The notes beneath the pieces were generated by a model. The model did no database searches and was not told the origin of the DNA. It was given only the letters and a program-made list of their open reading frames with translations. A stretch of 64,000 nucleotides of DNA from Williopsis jadinii (taxonomy: Eukaryota). The DNA lies in the NCBI GenBank assembly GCA_024346625.1, contig AP024664.1:3100001-3164000 (forward strand), read 5' to 3'. The position numbers were made by a program, and so were the translations under genes. Of this stretch, positions 43,957 through 56,090 are shown piece after piece; positions within the stretch are counted from its first letter, which is position 1; each line of letters starts with the position of its first letter.

Positions 43957-45777
43957 ATGAGTTCGAAAGTTACCCGTATTGCAATTGTCTCCGATGACAA
44001 GTGTAAGCCAAAGAAGTGTCGTCAGGAGTGTAAGAAGTCTTGTCCTGTGGTGAAGACCGGTAAGCTGTGTATCGAAGTTACGCCAGCGTCCAAGATTGCC
44101 TTCATCTCTGAGAATTTGTGTATTGGTTGTGGTATCTGTGTTAAGAAGTGCCCATTCGGTGCCATTAACATCATCAACTTGCCAACAAACTTGGAAAAGG
44201 AAGTGACACATCGTTATTCGGCAAACTCTTTCAAACTGCACAGATTGCCAACCCCAAGACCTGGTCAGGTGCTCGGTTTGGTGGGTACGAATGGTATCGG
44301 TAAATCAACGGCTTTGAAGATCCTTGCAGGTAAGCAGAAACCAAACTTGGGCAGATACGATGATCCTCCAGATTGGAGTGAAATCCTGAAACACTTTAGA
44401 GGTTCTGAGTTACAGAATTATTTGACCAAAGTGTTGGAGGATGACATCAAAGCCATCATCAAGCCTCAATATGTTGATAACATTCCAAGAGCTATCAAGG
44501 GCCCAGAGACTAAGGTTGGTCAATTGCTTAAGGCCAGATTAGAGAGAAAGGATTCCATCAACGAGATTTGCGATGTTTTAGAGTTGAGAGGTATCTTGAA
44601 GCGTGACATCAACGCCTTATCTGGTGGTGAGTTGCAAAGATTTGCCATCGGTATCACCTGTGTTCAAGACGCTCAAGTTTACATGTTTGACGAGCCTTCT
44701 TCCTATTTGGATGTGAAGCAGCGTTTGAATGCTGCTTTGATCATCCGTTCCTTGTTGCACCCACAGTCATACGTTATCTGCGTCGAGCACGATTTGTCCG
44801 TCTTGGATTACTTGTCCGATTTCGTCTGTATCTTGTACGGTGTTCCTTCCGTCTATGGTGTCGTCACATTACCTGCTTCCGTGAGAGAAGGTATCAACAT
44901 GTTCTTGGAAGGTCATATCCACTCAGAAAATATGAGATTCAGAACAGAATCTTTGCAATTTAGACTTGCAGATGCCCAAGATGCCATCAAGTTGGATGCT
45001 TCAAGATACTACACTTATCCAGCCATGGACAGAACTCAAGGTGATTTCAAACTGCACATTGAGGAAGGTGACTTCTCTGATTCCGAGATTTTGGTTATGA
45101 TGGGTGAAAATGGTACAGGTAAGACTACATTCTGTAGATTGCTTGCAGGTGCAATTCCACCAGATAATGACCAAGAGATTCCAAAGTTGAACATCTCCAT
45201 GAAACCACAAAAGATTGCACCAAAGTTCCCAGGTACCGTGCGCCAATTGTTCTTTAAGAGAATCAGAGCCTCATTCATGCATCCACAGTTCCAGACCGAT
45301 GTCTGTAAGCCTTTGAGAATTGACGATATCATCGACCAAGAAGTTCAACATTTGTCTGGTGGTGAACTGCAAAGAGTTGCTATTACTTTGGCTCTTGGTT
45401 TACCAGCGGACATCTATGTCATTGATGAGCCATCTGCATACCTGGATTCTGAACAACGTATCATCTGTTCTAAAGTTATCAGAAGATTTATTCTTCACGC
45501 TAAGAAGACTGCATTCATCGTCGAGCACGATTTCATCATGGCCACTTACCTTGCTGATAGAGTCATTGTCTTTGAAGGTACGCCATCCAAGGAAACACAC
45601 GCTAGACAGCCAGAGAGTTTACTCACCGGTTGTAACAGATTCTTGAAGAACTTGAACGTTACATTCAGAAGAGATCCAAACTCCTATAGACCTAGAATTA
45701 ATAAGTTGGATTCTCAAATGGATAAGGAGCAAAAGTCCTCTGGTAACTATTTCTTCTTGGATAACACTGGTTTGTGA
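43957..45777 (+). CDS. RLI1: ABCE1 ribosome-recycling ATPase
   Basis: Fe-S domain [23 protein letters not shown], two ABC domains ([24 protein letters not shown]). Confidence 0.98.
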   Translation: MSSKVTRIAIVSDDKCKPKKCRQECKKSCPVVKTGKLCIEVTPASKIAFISENLCIGCGICVKKCPFGAINIINLPTNLEKEVTHRYSANSFKLHRLPTPRPGQVLGLVGTNGIGKSTALKILAGKQKPNLGRYDDPPDWSEILKHFRGSELQNYLTKVLEDDIKAIIKPQYVDNIPRAIKGPETKVGQLLKARLERKDSINEICDVLELRGILKRDINALSGGELQRFAIGITCVQDAQVYMFDEPSSYLDVKQRLNAALIIRSLLHPQSYVICVEHDLSVLDYLSDFVCILYGVPSVYGVVTLPASVREGINMFLEGHIHSENMRFRTESLQFRLADAQDAIKLDASRYYTYPAMDRTQGDFKLHIEEGDFSDSEILVMMGENGTGKTTFCRLLAGAIPPDNDQEIPKLNISMKPQKIAPKFPGTVRQLFFKRIRASFMHPQFQTDVCKPLRIDDIIDQEVQHLSGGELQRVAITLALGLPADIYVIDEPSAYLDSEQRIICSKVIRRFILHAKKTAFIVEHDFIMATYLADRVIVFEGTPSKETHARQPESLLTGCNRFLKNLNVTFRRDPNSYRPRINKLDSQMDKEQKSSGNYFFLDNTGL

Positions 45778-46306
45778 GACTAAGACTTTTGTTTAAATTA
45801 TTATTCGTATGATGGTGTTTGGCACTGCATAGTTTGCATTGGGTTAAGTGTTTGTTTTTTTTTGTTTTATTGTCCCTTCCTTGTTGCTCTTCATGTTCTT
45901 CTGTTTTCTTCATCTTCCATATGTTGTTCTCATTTCCATCGGATGGAAGCTCGGGTTGGTTAACTAGGTCGACTCGCTACGGTGATTGTACACTACGGTG
46001 ATTATGCTACCGTACAACAATTCTATATCACCAATCAGGACAAACGGTATATGGTTTGTAATCAACACATAAATCTTATTTGAATCGGACATGTGTGTAA
46101 TTGGCTGTAGTTCATACCTCAGCATCGTTCAATGCCCAAGGCTCCCCATGCTCTCCGTGAAATTACCCTTGAGCCTCGTATATAGTTACGTTGTCGTGGC
46201 GACATCTCTTCATTCAAAAATGAAAACAATGGTGTCCGGGTTAGTTTTGATATCCGACCAACATTTTTGGAGAACCCGTCCCCGGAATTTCGATTTTCCA
46301 ACTTTT

Positions 46307-46385
46307 ACGCGTCACCGTTTTTGTGATTTCCTGCCAGAAGAACAACGGTAAACAACGGTAAACAATAGTAAACAACAGGAAACAG
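46307..46385 (+). promoter_or_regulatory. MCB plus three tandem forkhead sites upstream of SMC6
   Basis: ACGCGT at 46307; GTAAACAA at 46348, 46358 and 46368 in a 10-bp repeat. Confidence 0.65.
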
Positions 46386-46427
46386 TCAACAGCAGCGATT
46401 CTCATAGTCTTCCTTTGATGATTAAAG

Positions 46428-49400
46428 ATGACCATCGAAGCCGGCGATAAGAGAAGAGATGCAGAGATCGAGGAGGAGATGCTCTACGCGGAATCCATCC
46501 TAGAACACGATGATCAGCATGATGATGTGAGTTAATACTTGTCTTCCTCACTGGAGGAAAAGAACTGATAAAAGTGACGCGTTTACTAACACTGAAATAA
46601 CAGGATAAGATTGATGTTAATGCCTTTCTCACTCAGAAGGAAGCGCCTGAGAACATCCACAAGAGACGCAAGAGGATTAAATACGCGATGACTCAGCAAC
46701 ATTTGCAAATGGCGAACGTGACCCAGGAGCAAATTGCGAAGAGACCCGTTGCTGGTGTCATCAAGCGCGTTTCCTTGAAGAATTTCATGTGCCATGCCAA
46801 CTTTGAGCTGGAGCTTGGCCCAAGACTTAACTTCATCATTGGTCATAACGGTAGTGGTAAGTCTTCCATCTTGACTGCCATTTCTGTTTGTTTAGGAGCC
46901 AAGGCAACGGAGACAAACAGAGGAAACAGTTTGAAAGATTTGATAAAGGAGGGGACCAACATGTCCCAGATCAAAGTTGTGCTGTCCAATGTTGGTGATT
47001 ATTGCTTTGAGCCGGAAAAGTATGGCGATGAGATTATCATTGAAAGAACAATCAGAAGGGACGGAAGTGGTGCAGTCCCGTATATCATCAGATCGGAAAC
47101 GGGGAAGAAGATTTCTTCTAAGAAGTCTGATCTTGATACTATCTTGGATGCATTTTCCATTGCTGTTAGTAACCCGATGGTGTTTCTTTCCCAAGATCAA
47201 GCACGTTCTTTCTTGACGGCAAGTTCTGACGCAGATAAATATCGACATTTTATGAGAGGCACATTAATGGAGGACATTGTTAATAACTTTATGAAAGTTA
47301 ACGATACAATCGAGAAGATTGATACCAAGCTTATGAGATTGAAGGAGAGTACCATCGCCTTGAAGGCCAAGGCCACAGAAGCAAGAGAACTTCATATGCG
47401 TCTGAAAGAATCCGATCAGTTACGGAGAAGTGCATTTCTGTACCGTGGTAAGTACTTTTGGATGGAACACCAAAGTATAAAGGAGTCTATGGAGGCGTCA
47501 AGAGTGCGCTATGAAGAGTCTCTGAATCAGATTGCCGAAATTGACAATCTCATTGATGAGAACAATTTAAAGATTGACGCTCTCCAAAAGAAAAAGAGTG
47601 GCTTGGATGGAAAGCTTGAGAAATTGAGACAGGATTTGACAGATATTAAGCCTAAGTACAGCTCTCAAAAGGATCTAACCAACACAGCTACTCGTACTGC
47701 TGAAGATCTCGTCAGTAATTTGGAAAAGAACAATGCCGAACTCAAGAGTTTTGCTAAACAGATTGCATCACTCGAAAAGCATATCGCAAAAGAGGAGGAG
47801 AAACTTCGAGAAAAGAATGGTGGGTCCAAGGATGCTCTTAAACAACGGCTTGAAGATTTAGTCCAAGAAGATACAGACTTGAGTAGAAAGCTTAATGAGT
47901 TGAGACAGCGAGAGAACAGCACCAGAACTGCGAGCCATGAGGCTTATTCTGCACTGGATAACGAAATTCGTGAAAAAGCAGAGTCTCTTAATGATGCTAG
48001 ACAAGAGTTGAACCGTATCAAGCAGGGCTCTAAGCAACACAATCCGCTAGCTCTACTCAACAAGAGTGTTCAAGATGTTGTACATCACCTGAAGAATACA
48101 CGATTCTCAGACCGTGTCATTGGCCCGATTTCAAGTTACACATTCGTGAAGTCGGAACATAAAAAGTGGACTCAATTGATTAATGCCCAATGTGGTGCTC
48201 ATGTCAACACATTTATCGTCCGAAACGCAAACGACCAGAGACAGTTAAAGAAACTTCTGGATAAATTTCATTGTCGCTCAACCATCTTGATCAGAAGACC
48301 TGAAAGATTCGACTTTTCCAATGGAAAACCAAACGGTGACTATTTGACGGTTTTAGATTGCCTCGAGTTCACGGACGATGATGTCAAATACGCCCTGATC
48401 GATCTCGCCCATCTTGAAAGTGTTGTATTATGTGATGATAGGTATCAAGCACAAAATGTAGTGGAAGATCGTTCATCAAATGTTCTCGTTGCATTGTGCC
48501 CTGTGGATCCGAGACAAGGTCTTCGCCAGCAGAAGAGATCTGCTCACGGTGCCTTCATGAGTGATCCTCTATATTATGAAAATATTCCAAAAATTGGAGT
48601 TCAGAATGCTTCTGCAGATACTTCGGGAATTGAAGAAAATATTGAACACCTTAAACGTGAGGTTGCCGAGTTGAAGGGAAAGAAGGAAAATGCTGTGAAT
48701 GAAGCCAATGAAAAGTCAAGGAAAATCAATAACGAGATCAAGGAGATACAAAACCACAAGAGGAAGCTTGCATCGGAAAAGTATAACCTTGACTCCGCTC
48801 TTGATGACTCATCTGACTCTGCAAAGTTGATTGAATATTCGAATGCCAGGGATGACCTTGTGCAAAGAAAGAGTACATTAGAGCAGTCCATACCAGACCT
48901 TCAGGATCAAATATACCATGCGCAGGAAAAAGCCAAGAGTTATAACAGTGCACTTGTTGAGTTGAAACAGGAAGCCACCAAGCTCAGGGAGTTCATGGAT
49001 GCTCTAAGAAACGACAAAATAACTGTCGACACTGATATTGGAACCTGCAATCAGACTATTCATCATTTTGAGAGGCAAAAAGCACAACAACAGGAAGCTT
49101 TCAAAGATTTCAAAAAGAATGAACAGAAATGGCAAGACATGCTTCAGGAGTCTTTGGCGAAAGCACAAGAGGCTTGCTCAAAAGAGGAAGCTGATAGACT
49201 ACACGTCAAAAGCATCGAAAACGTTCAAAGAGAAATTCAAAGAATCAATGAAGATATCAAACGTGCTGATGAGCTATTGGGGAAAGAGCCAGATGCTATC
49301 ATCAATGAAGATGAAGATGCTAGAAAAAGCTTCAACGATGCTTTCCATCTTTACTTGGAAACAAATGAAGCCAAAAAGCTCTTAATGGACTCATTCAGTA

Positions 49401-49849
49401 CAAGATTAAAAGCATTTAGAAACTCCCGTTCTGCAGCATGTGGTGCAGCACAGATGACATTTAACAGTTCTTTGGAGTTCAGAAACTTTTCTGGTACTCT
49501 CGAGTTTGATCACGGAAGAAGAACCTTGCAGATGCTGGTGAGTACCAAGAATGATAAGAAACCAAGAAATGTTGATTCCTTATCTGGTGGTGAAAAGTCA
49601 TTCTCTCAAATTGCTCTGTTGTTGTCTACATGGAAGCTTATGCGTTCTAGAATTAAGGGCTTGGATGAGTTTGATGTTTTCATGGATCAGGTAAACAGAA
49701 AGATCGGTATGAAGTTGATGTTGAGCAAACTCTCGGAAGATCTGGAATCGCAAACTATATTCATTACTCCTCAAGACATTGGTCAGATCGCTGAGCTGGA
49801 TGAGAATCTTGTTAGAATTCACAGAATTAGAGACCCTCGTGCTCATTAA
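46428..49849 (+). CDS. SMC6: Structural maintenance of chromosomes protein 6, 2 exons (46428-46526, 46604-49849), 1114 aa
   Basis: 77-nt intron (GTGAGT..TACTAAC..CAG) in frame; GHNGSGKS, LSGGEKSFSQ, LDEFDVFMD, QTIFITPQD. Confidence 0.93.
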
Positions 49850-49911
49850 GGACCGCTCTTGTTAAATCTATATAATAGTACAATTAAAAGTTATTTATAG
49901 ATACTGAACGT

Positions 49912-52900
49912 TTAATCTTCGTCTTCATCGTCATCGTCTTCACTCTCTTCATCACTTGAAACATCAGCACCCAACTTCTTAGCCAGCATTTTGTACTTAT
50001 TCTTCTTCTCATCTAAGTCATCCATAACAAGAATCATCTCATCGAATTCACTCTTAGGGACACTATTCTTATCGATACTTGAAAGTTTTGTTTCAAGAAC
50101 AATCTTTTCTTCTTTGAGTTTAGAAAGTGCTGCTATTTGCTGTTTAAGATCAGCTGTTGTTTCCTGAAGCGCAGTGATTTGTTCTTCTTTCGCTTGTAGG
50201 TCCTCAGACTTCACACTTGCACCTAGAAGTTCAGTGATCTTCAAATTCAAAGTCTCATTTTGTTTGGTCAAATCTTCAATTGATTGCAAGTAGTCACTCT
50301 CTTTTTTGGTGCTTGAATCTGTGAGAGTTTTCAGTTTCTCTTCCATGGATTTTTGAGATGACTTCAGATCCACAACCTCCTGAGTCAATTCTTCAGTCTT
50401 GGATTCGCTTAGAGCTTTAAACTCTTTAGCAGTTGACTTTTCATTCTCTAATTTCTTTTGAAGATCATCCCTGGATTTTTGTAAGGAAGATAAGCTATCT
50501 TCAAGTTTTTTCAGAGCCTTTTTATGACTTGCTTTCAATTCAGATAATAACGATTCTGCATCTTCATATTCCGTCACTAATGACTTGTTGGTTGACTCCA
50601 ATGCTTGTTTCTGTTTCTCCATCTTTTCTAGAGACGACTTAGCAAGTTTGAGTTCTTCATCCTTTGTTTGCACAAGTGACTGACTTTTCGAAAGATCAGA
50701 TTCAAGTTTTTTAGCCTTCGATTCAAGATCACGTAACAAAGATTCTGTCTGAGTAGCAGTCGAAAGCTGAGATTCCAATGATTCAACTTTAGATGTGTTC
50801 TCTTCAATCGTTTCCTTCAATTGAGTGATCTTACTCTCTTTATCAGCACTGTCATCTTTCAATTTTGTAATCTCCATGTTAAGCTCAGATATGGTTTCAC
50901 TAAGATTGGAATTCTCGGACTCAAGATCGTGAAGTTTACTTTCATGGGAGCTTTGTGCAGTCTTTAGCTTTTCTTCCAGCAAAGTAATTTTCTCTGAATA
51001 CTCCTTGACGGTAGAGCTGGAGTTTTCTGTTAAGAGTGCTCTTTCTTTCTCGAAGCCACTAGAGGCCTCTTTCATTGTTTCTTTCAATTCACCAATTTCC
51101 TTGGTAAGAGATTGAACCTTGGAGGAGGCCTTGGCCTTCTCATCCTCAAGCTTCGACTTCGCAGCCTTCAACTCCTGGGAACTGTTTCTCAGTTTCTCTG
51201 ACAGTGCTTCGACATCTTTGGTTAAAATGGCTTTCGAACTCTTGAATTCAGTAATCGTCTTCTTAGAAGTCTCGATGGACTTTTCAAGTGCATCTTTCTC
51301 GGCCTTAACTGTACTCAGTTCATTTTCCAAGGTCTCCAGGTCTTTGGTTTTGGTCTTCAACAGATGACTCAACGATTCAGCCTCTTTATTTTTAAGTTCA
51401 ACAGTCTGTGAAATCATCTCCATGGTGGAAGAAAGGGACTTCTTCTCAGATTCTGTTGAAGACACGGTTTCGGTCAACTGCAATATTTGCTTCTTGAAAT
51501 CTGCCTCTTTAGCTTCGAACTCGGCAGCTATATCATCGAGCTCCGTCTCAAGGTCAATTTTTGTTTTCAAGAGATCGTCAATAGTTTTCTGAAATTCAGC
51601 AAGACGCTCCTCAGACTCTTTAGACGACACCTTTAGATCATTGTCAGCGAGTTCCTTCGCCTTGTTCAGTTCACTCACTTCATCCACTAAACCTTGGATT
51701 TCACATTTTAGTTTTTCAAGTTCCAAGGACTGAGATTTCAGAGATTTTGCTTTATCAGAAACCTCAGACTTGCACTTAGTCAGCTCTTGTTCAATGGCAG
51801 TCTTTTCATTACCAAGTTCATCCAGTTGATTCTGAAAAGATGATATTACTTCATCTTTTTCGGAGGACTTCTCCTCAATGGTTTTCTGGAGAAACTTAAC
51901 CTTGTCATCATGTTTGGAGTTTATCATTTCCAGCTCTGAAGAGTGCTTTTTACTCAATTCATGGGCTTCTTCTTTCATAGAATCTATCGATGATCTCAAA
52001 GAACTAATCAGATCTTCATGCTCCTTGCACTGCGCATTGGATTTTTCTAGTTGAGATTTAACGTCATGAATGATCTCTTTTTCCTTCTTGATTTCATCTT
52101 GAAGATTAGCAATTTCGGAATCCTTTTGAGAAGTGAGCGAGGAAACTGATTTACTCAGCTCATTCTTTTCCTTCTCTAACTCTTCTGTAAAGGCAACCAA
52201 ATCACTTTGAGATGTCTCTAACTCCAATTGTTTTGCTCTGTACTCTTCCAATTGCTTCGAGAAGTTTTGTTTTGATTGTTCAAATTGTTCCTCGAGCATA
52301 GCTTTAGAGGAGGTCAATTCATTACATGTAGTAGCGATGGATCTCAATTTCTCGGTCATTTGACTAATCAAAGCTTTATTATTGCCATTCGTCGACTTTT
52401 CATCTAACAGTGCCTTCTCGAGAGCTGCCTTTGACGCATTTAGAGTCTCAATACTTTTTGAAGCAGCATCCAGTTTTGATTTATAGGAGCTGAGTTCCTC
52501 ATTCTTTTGTTTGAGTGATTGCTCTAGTTTTTCCTGCTGCTTTATTGATTTTTGAGACTCCTTCTCAAGTTGCTTGACTTTCTTTTCCAGATCCTCCTTT
52601 TCTTTTGACAATTGGAATAGCTCACGACTCATTTTATTGATACCATCCTCAGCTTTATTCTTTTGCGACTTCAGCATCTCAAGTTCGGATTCCAACTTGG
52701 AAATTCTGTTGTCTTTTTGCAACACTTGCTCTGCGAAAGAATCAACATCTTTTGATTTCTCTTCGAAGCCTTTTGTCAATTCTCCATGCTGTTTCTGTAA
52801 TTCTGCTAGGTCCTTTGATGTATGCGTGAATTTAGATTCTAGATCAGAATATCTGGACTTCAACACAGTGAGCTCCTCAGTGCGAACATCGAGGTCGTGT

Positions 52901-55230
52901 GAAACATCACCAAGGTCAGTGGATAGTTTCTTCAGTTGCTGCTCACTATCGTGCTTGACTTTTTTGGACTCTTGCAGTACGCTTTGGTAGGTGGATTGAA
53001 GCTCATGGTGCTCATCTTGTAACAATTCGTATTTCTCATAGGACAAGCGACCATTGGATTCAATATTTGGATCACGGTTTAAGGTATTCTTGATTCGGTA
53101 AAAATGTTCTTTGATCAACCAAACAACAGTCGATTCTAGAAATACACTAGGCAAACCAGTTTCATCTTTGGATGGATGAAAGATATCCTCCTCAGTGAAG
53201 GTATAGAATAATGGAGCTTCTTTAAGTTGCAAAATCTTGAAGGCATAGTTGTCCTTGCCGACAATTTTAATGATGAGTGAATGAAGATCCACTCTTGGAA
53301 TTGGCGAGTTTTTGCTAGAAAACTCGTATGCAATTCCAACAAGAACAGTCGCCAAACCTTGAACTATAGGACTCTCAGCATCTGGTTGCGATAAGAACTG
53401 CAAAAGAGACTTTAGGTTGGATATATCAGAGAGGAAGTCATCAACAGCAGCAGAGTCTTCATATAGCATCACAATCAAGATCATCAAATAAGAAATGGCA
53501 ATTCGTGGATCTTGAGCGTGGACATTAGCAAGTAAATTCCCGAACATGGCTTGGATAGCTGATAGTACTTCTTCGCCAGACTCTGCATCACCTGAGGTTA
53601 ATTGTCTAACAGTGGTTTTCACTTCTTCATTATCCTTCATAAGATAAATGAGGGTGCAAGCTGAAAACCAAGTCTTGTAAGGATTAAGCTTGATATCAGG
53701 GTCATACTCCAGAAGTGCATGGAATATGTTAGCAATTGGAACATCTCTTGGATCAACTGTGGGAGTACTAGGTTCTGATGTAGCGTTTTCAGCAGAAGGA
53801 TCAGTGGATCCATTAAATTGGGTTTCTTGATCATCACGACTTTCAGTATCATTTCCAACAATTGTATCGGGTTCTTCAACCATATCAACTTCACCATGAA
53901 AGTAGGCGATCTGATCATCCAGAAAACTGCTCATGCCCTCATCGTTACCGTCAAAATACGCACGCAATAAATAGGCAGCAGAAACACGAATATCAAAAAC
54001 ATGCACCGAGTTCAACAATAGACACCAATTGAGTAAGGAGGTGATAACGGAAACACTGTTTTTGTAAACTTGCAGCTGTTTAGGCTGCGTAGGATCGATG
54101 TATGGAACATCGATGTGACTGAAGCTGTGCTGGATGTCGTTGTTCTGAGATATCAAGTCAGCCACAGTTAACAGAGCATGAGGTCTTAGAGAGTTCGGAG
54201 TGTTCAAGGAAAACGACAGACGTAAAACATTGAGGAAGATATCAGCATCGTGCAGAAGGTTCTGATTTGCCTTGGTGGATTCGTTACCATTAGTGACAAG
54301 AAGTTTGACTATATCGAGGGTGATCTCAACGTTTTGCAGTCTTTGATCATTCCAAACAATATGCTCTTCTCCTAGAGGTTCTGCAATTAGATAGGACAGT
54401 TTTGGAAGACAATTCGTCTCCAGGAACAGTTTCTGGTTCGAAACGTTATACTTCAACAAGTTGGCCAACAGAGTAAGACAATCCTGGACGACTATACTTC
54501 CTCTAATGTCACCCTCTTCATGAATGATTTCGAATAACTTATCAAACGTGTTTTCGAATGCAATGAGTTTCTGGATGCTAAAATTGTCATTGGCAACTGC
54601 CATGAGGAGCAAGACAGCCTCGTTTCTCACTGGGTCGTGAACGTCATCCAGGACCTGAACCAATGACGGAATCCCTAATGGGGAGTTCAATAACAACTCC
54701 TTCGTTTTAACAGAGCGTGTGGAGATCAGAGCTTCGAGAAGTTGTAACGTGTACAGTCTCACGTAGAAGTCTGTATTCTCCAACAGGGAAACAATGAGTG
54801 CAATATTCTCCTCGCTTTGTGTGATCTCATCAGCAATCCACAGGGAGAACTGGTCCATGGAGTATCCCTCCTCCTTCAGTAGCAACGGCGATGGATACTT
54901 GCCGTTCTGGCTACGAGACTGTTGAGAGATCCAACTCCTCGTAAGATCATCATCACCTTCACCTCTGATGAACAGAATCAGAATGGTCTCCAAACACGCC
55001 TTGATAATGTCAGTATCGATCGTGTACTCCTTCATAGTAGCAATCACGGCCCTGAGACCATTGGCAATGACAGATTCACGGTATTGTCTCGAAAACCCTT
55101 TCAACGTGAGAATAGCGGCTCTCTTGTCGGACGCTAAGCGTGCATGTGCCAGCCTGTCACAGAGCATTGGAATGATCTCATCGGCAGACTGCGTCTTCTG
55201 TTGCGCCATGAGGCCAGAGATGAGATCCAT
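49912..55230 (-). CDS. USO1: ER-Golgi tethering factor (p115)
   Basis: Armadillo head (LKGFSRQYRESV, VRNEAVLLL, IQKLIAFENTF), long coiled coil, acidic C-terminus. ATG at 55230. Confidence 0.95.
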   Translation of the reverse strand: MDLISGLMAQQKTQSADEIIPMLCDRLAHARLASDKRAAILTLKGFSRQYRESVIANGLRAVIATMKEYTIDTDIIKACLETILILFIRGEGDDDLTRSWISQQSRSQNGKYPSPLLLKEEGYSMDQFSLWIADEITQSEENIALIVSLLENTDFYVRLYTLQLLEALISTRSVKTKELLLNSPLGIPSLVQVLDDVHDPVRNEAVLLLMAVANDNFSIQKLIAFENTFDKLFEIIHEEGDIRGSIVVQDCLTLLANLLKYNVSNQKLFLETNCLPKLSYLIAEPLGEEHIVWNDQRLQNVEITLDIVKLLVTNGNESTKANQNLLHDADIFLNVLRLSFSLNTPNSLRPHALLTVADLISQNNDIQHSFSHIDVPYIDPTQPKQLQVYKNSVSVITSLLNWCLLLNSVHVFDIRVSAAYLLRAYFDGNDEGMSSFLDDQIAYFHGEVDMVEEPDTIVGNDTESRDDQETQFNGSTDPSAENATSEPSTPTVDPRDVPIANIFHALLEYDPDIKLNPYKTWFSACTLIYLMKDNEEVKTTVRQLTSGDAESGEEVLSAIQAMFGNLLANVHAQDPRIAISYLMILIVMLYEDSAAVDDFLSDISNLKSLLQFLSQPDAESPIVQGLATVLVGIAYEFSSKNSPIPRVDLHSLIIKIVGKDNYAFKILQLKEAPLFYTFTEEDIFHPSKDETGLPSVFLESTVVWLIKEHFYRIKNTLNRDPNIESNGRLSYEKYELLQDEHHELQSTYQSVLQESKKVKHDSEQQLKKLSTDLGDVSHDLDVRTEELTVLKSRYSDLESKFTHTSKDLAELQKQHGELTKGFEEKSKDVDSFAEQVLQKDNRISKLESELEMLKSQKNKAEDGINKMSRELFQLSKEKEDLEKKVKQLEKESQKSIKQQEKLEQSLKQKNEELSSYKSKLDAASKSIETLNASKAALEKALLDEKSTNGNNKALISQMTEKLRSIATTCNELTSSKAMLEEQFEQSKQNFSKQLEEYRAKQLELETSQSDLVAFTEELEKEKNELSKSVSSLTSQKDSEIANLQDEIKKEKEIIHDVKSQLEKSNAQCKEHEDLISSLRSSIDSMKEEAHELSKKHSSELEMINSKHDDKVKFLQKTIEEKSSEKDEVISSFQNQLDELGNEKTAIEQELTKCKSEVSDKAKSLKSQSLELEKLKCEIQGLVDEVSELNKAKELADNDLKVSSKESEERLAEFQKTIDDLLKTKIDLETELDDIAAEFEAKEADFKKQILQLTETVSSTESEKKSLSSTMEMISQTVELKNKEAESLSHLLKTKTKDLETLENELSTVKAEKDALEKSIETSKKTITEFKSSKAILTKDVEALSEKLRNSSQELKAAKSKLEDEKAKASSKVQSLTKEIGELKETMKEASSGFEKERALLTENSSSTVKEYSEKITLLEEKLKTAQSSHESKLHDLESENSNLSETISELNMEITKLKDDSADKESKITQLKETIEENTSKVESLESQLSTATQTESLLRDLESKAKKLESDLSKSQSLVQTKDEELKLAKSSLEKMEKQKQALESTNKSLVTEYEDAESLLSELKASHKKALKKLEDSLSSLQKSRDDLQKKLENEKSTAKEFKALSESKTEELTQEVVDLKSSQKSMEEKLKTLTDSSTKKESDYLQSIEDLTKQNETLNLKITELLGASVKSEDLQAKEEQITALQETTADLKQQIAALSKLKEEKIVLETKLSSIDKNSVPKSEFDEMILVMDDLDEKKNKYKMLAKKLGADVSSDEESEDDDDEDED

Positions 55231-55481
55231 CGTGTTATAACCACCAACAATGGGACGCTTCAAGCTCTAAACTCCTTCACAAATAACACACAGGGGGCGC
55301 CCTTGTTTGTTTTGCCGTGTGAGTTCTTAGTTGATGTGTTGTTCTAATTTTCGACGGAGTGTTTTTCCTACGCTCCCTTTGTGGTTGATCTGTTCAGGCG
55401 GGAAGGAAATTGTCATAGGCTCGAAGGCGCGCGACGCGAGCGTGTTTCTCTCCTGTTTAGCACTGAGGCCAGGCAGAGCAT

Positions 55482-56057
55482 ATGGAAGGTGGCGGCGGCG
55501 GAGAGGACCAAGGGCCTTGGAACACGACGTTGTTCCCTGATGTTGAGCAGCTAGAGCTCCTGCTGGAGGGAGACTGGTGCGATAGACCTGCCAGTACGTG
55601 GGCGATCAAGAAGAGCGGGACGTTACAAGCCAAAGTTGAAGCGTTTACGAGGGAACACGCTCACAGACGGCCCAAGTTCGTGTCGAGGGTTGAGGTGCCC
55701 TTCAACAAACTCATCAGCTTCGCCAATGAGTCCTTTGGACACGACGGATGGTCGACAGAAGTTGTAGATATAAAGGTGTTGAGGGCCCAGAGTACCGGCG
55801 ATGGCGACTGTGGGCGGCATTCTCTGGCTGTTGAAACCACGGTACGCGTTACTCTGAAAGATGGTACACATCATTCAGGAACGGGCCTTGGAGTGTCCGA
55901 GAATCTTCCTCAGAAATCGATGGCCTTCAGCAAGGCCAAGAAGGAGGCGATTACAGACGGCATTAAGAATTGCATACGTGGGTTTGGTGAGCTTGTTCTT
56001 GCACACGAGGAGAAACTCAGGAAAGGGTACTACACAGAGGGGGGTCTATTCGATTAA
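55482..56057 (+). CDS. RAD59: Rad52-family strand-annealing protein
   Basis: W..RPASTW, ANESFGHDGWS, VRVTLKDGT, KAKKEAITDG; short, lacks the Rad52 C-terminus; divergent from USO1 as in S. cerevisiae. Confidence 0.9.
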   Translation: MEGGGGGEDQGPWNTTLFPDVEQLELLLEGDWCDRPASTWAIKKSGTLQAKVEAFTREHAHRRPKFVSRVEVPFNKLISFANESFGHDGWSTEVVDIKVLRAQSTGDGDCGRHSLAVETTVRVTLKDGTHHSGTGLGVSENLPQKSMAFSKAKKEAITDGIKNCIRGFGELVLAHEEKLRKGYYTEGGLFD

Positions 56058-56090
56058 GACAATGCTCTTGAGATGTGTCTATGGATTGGT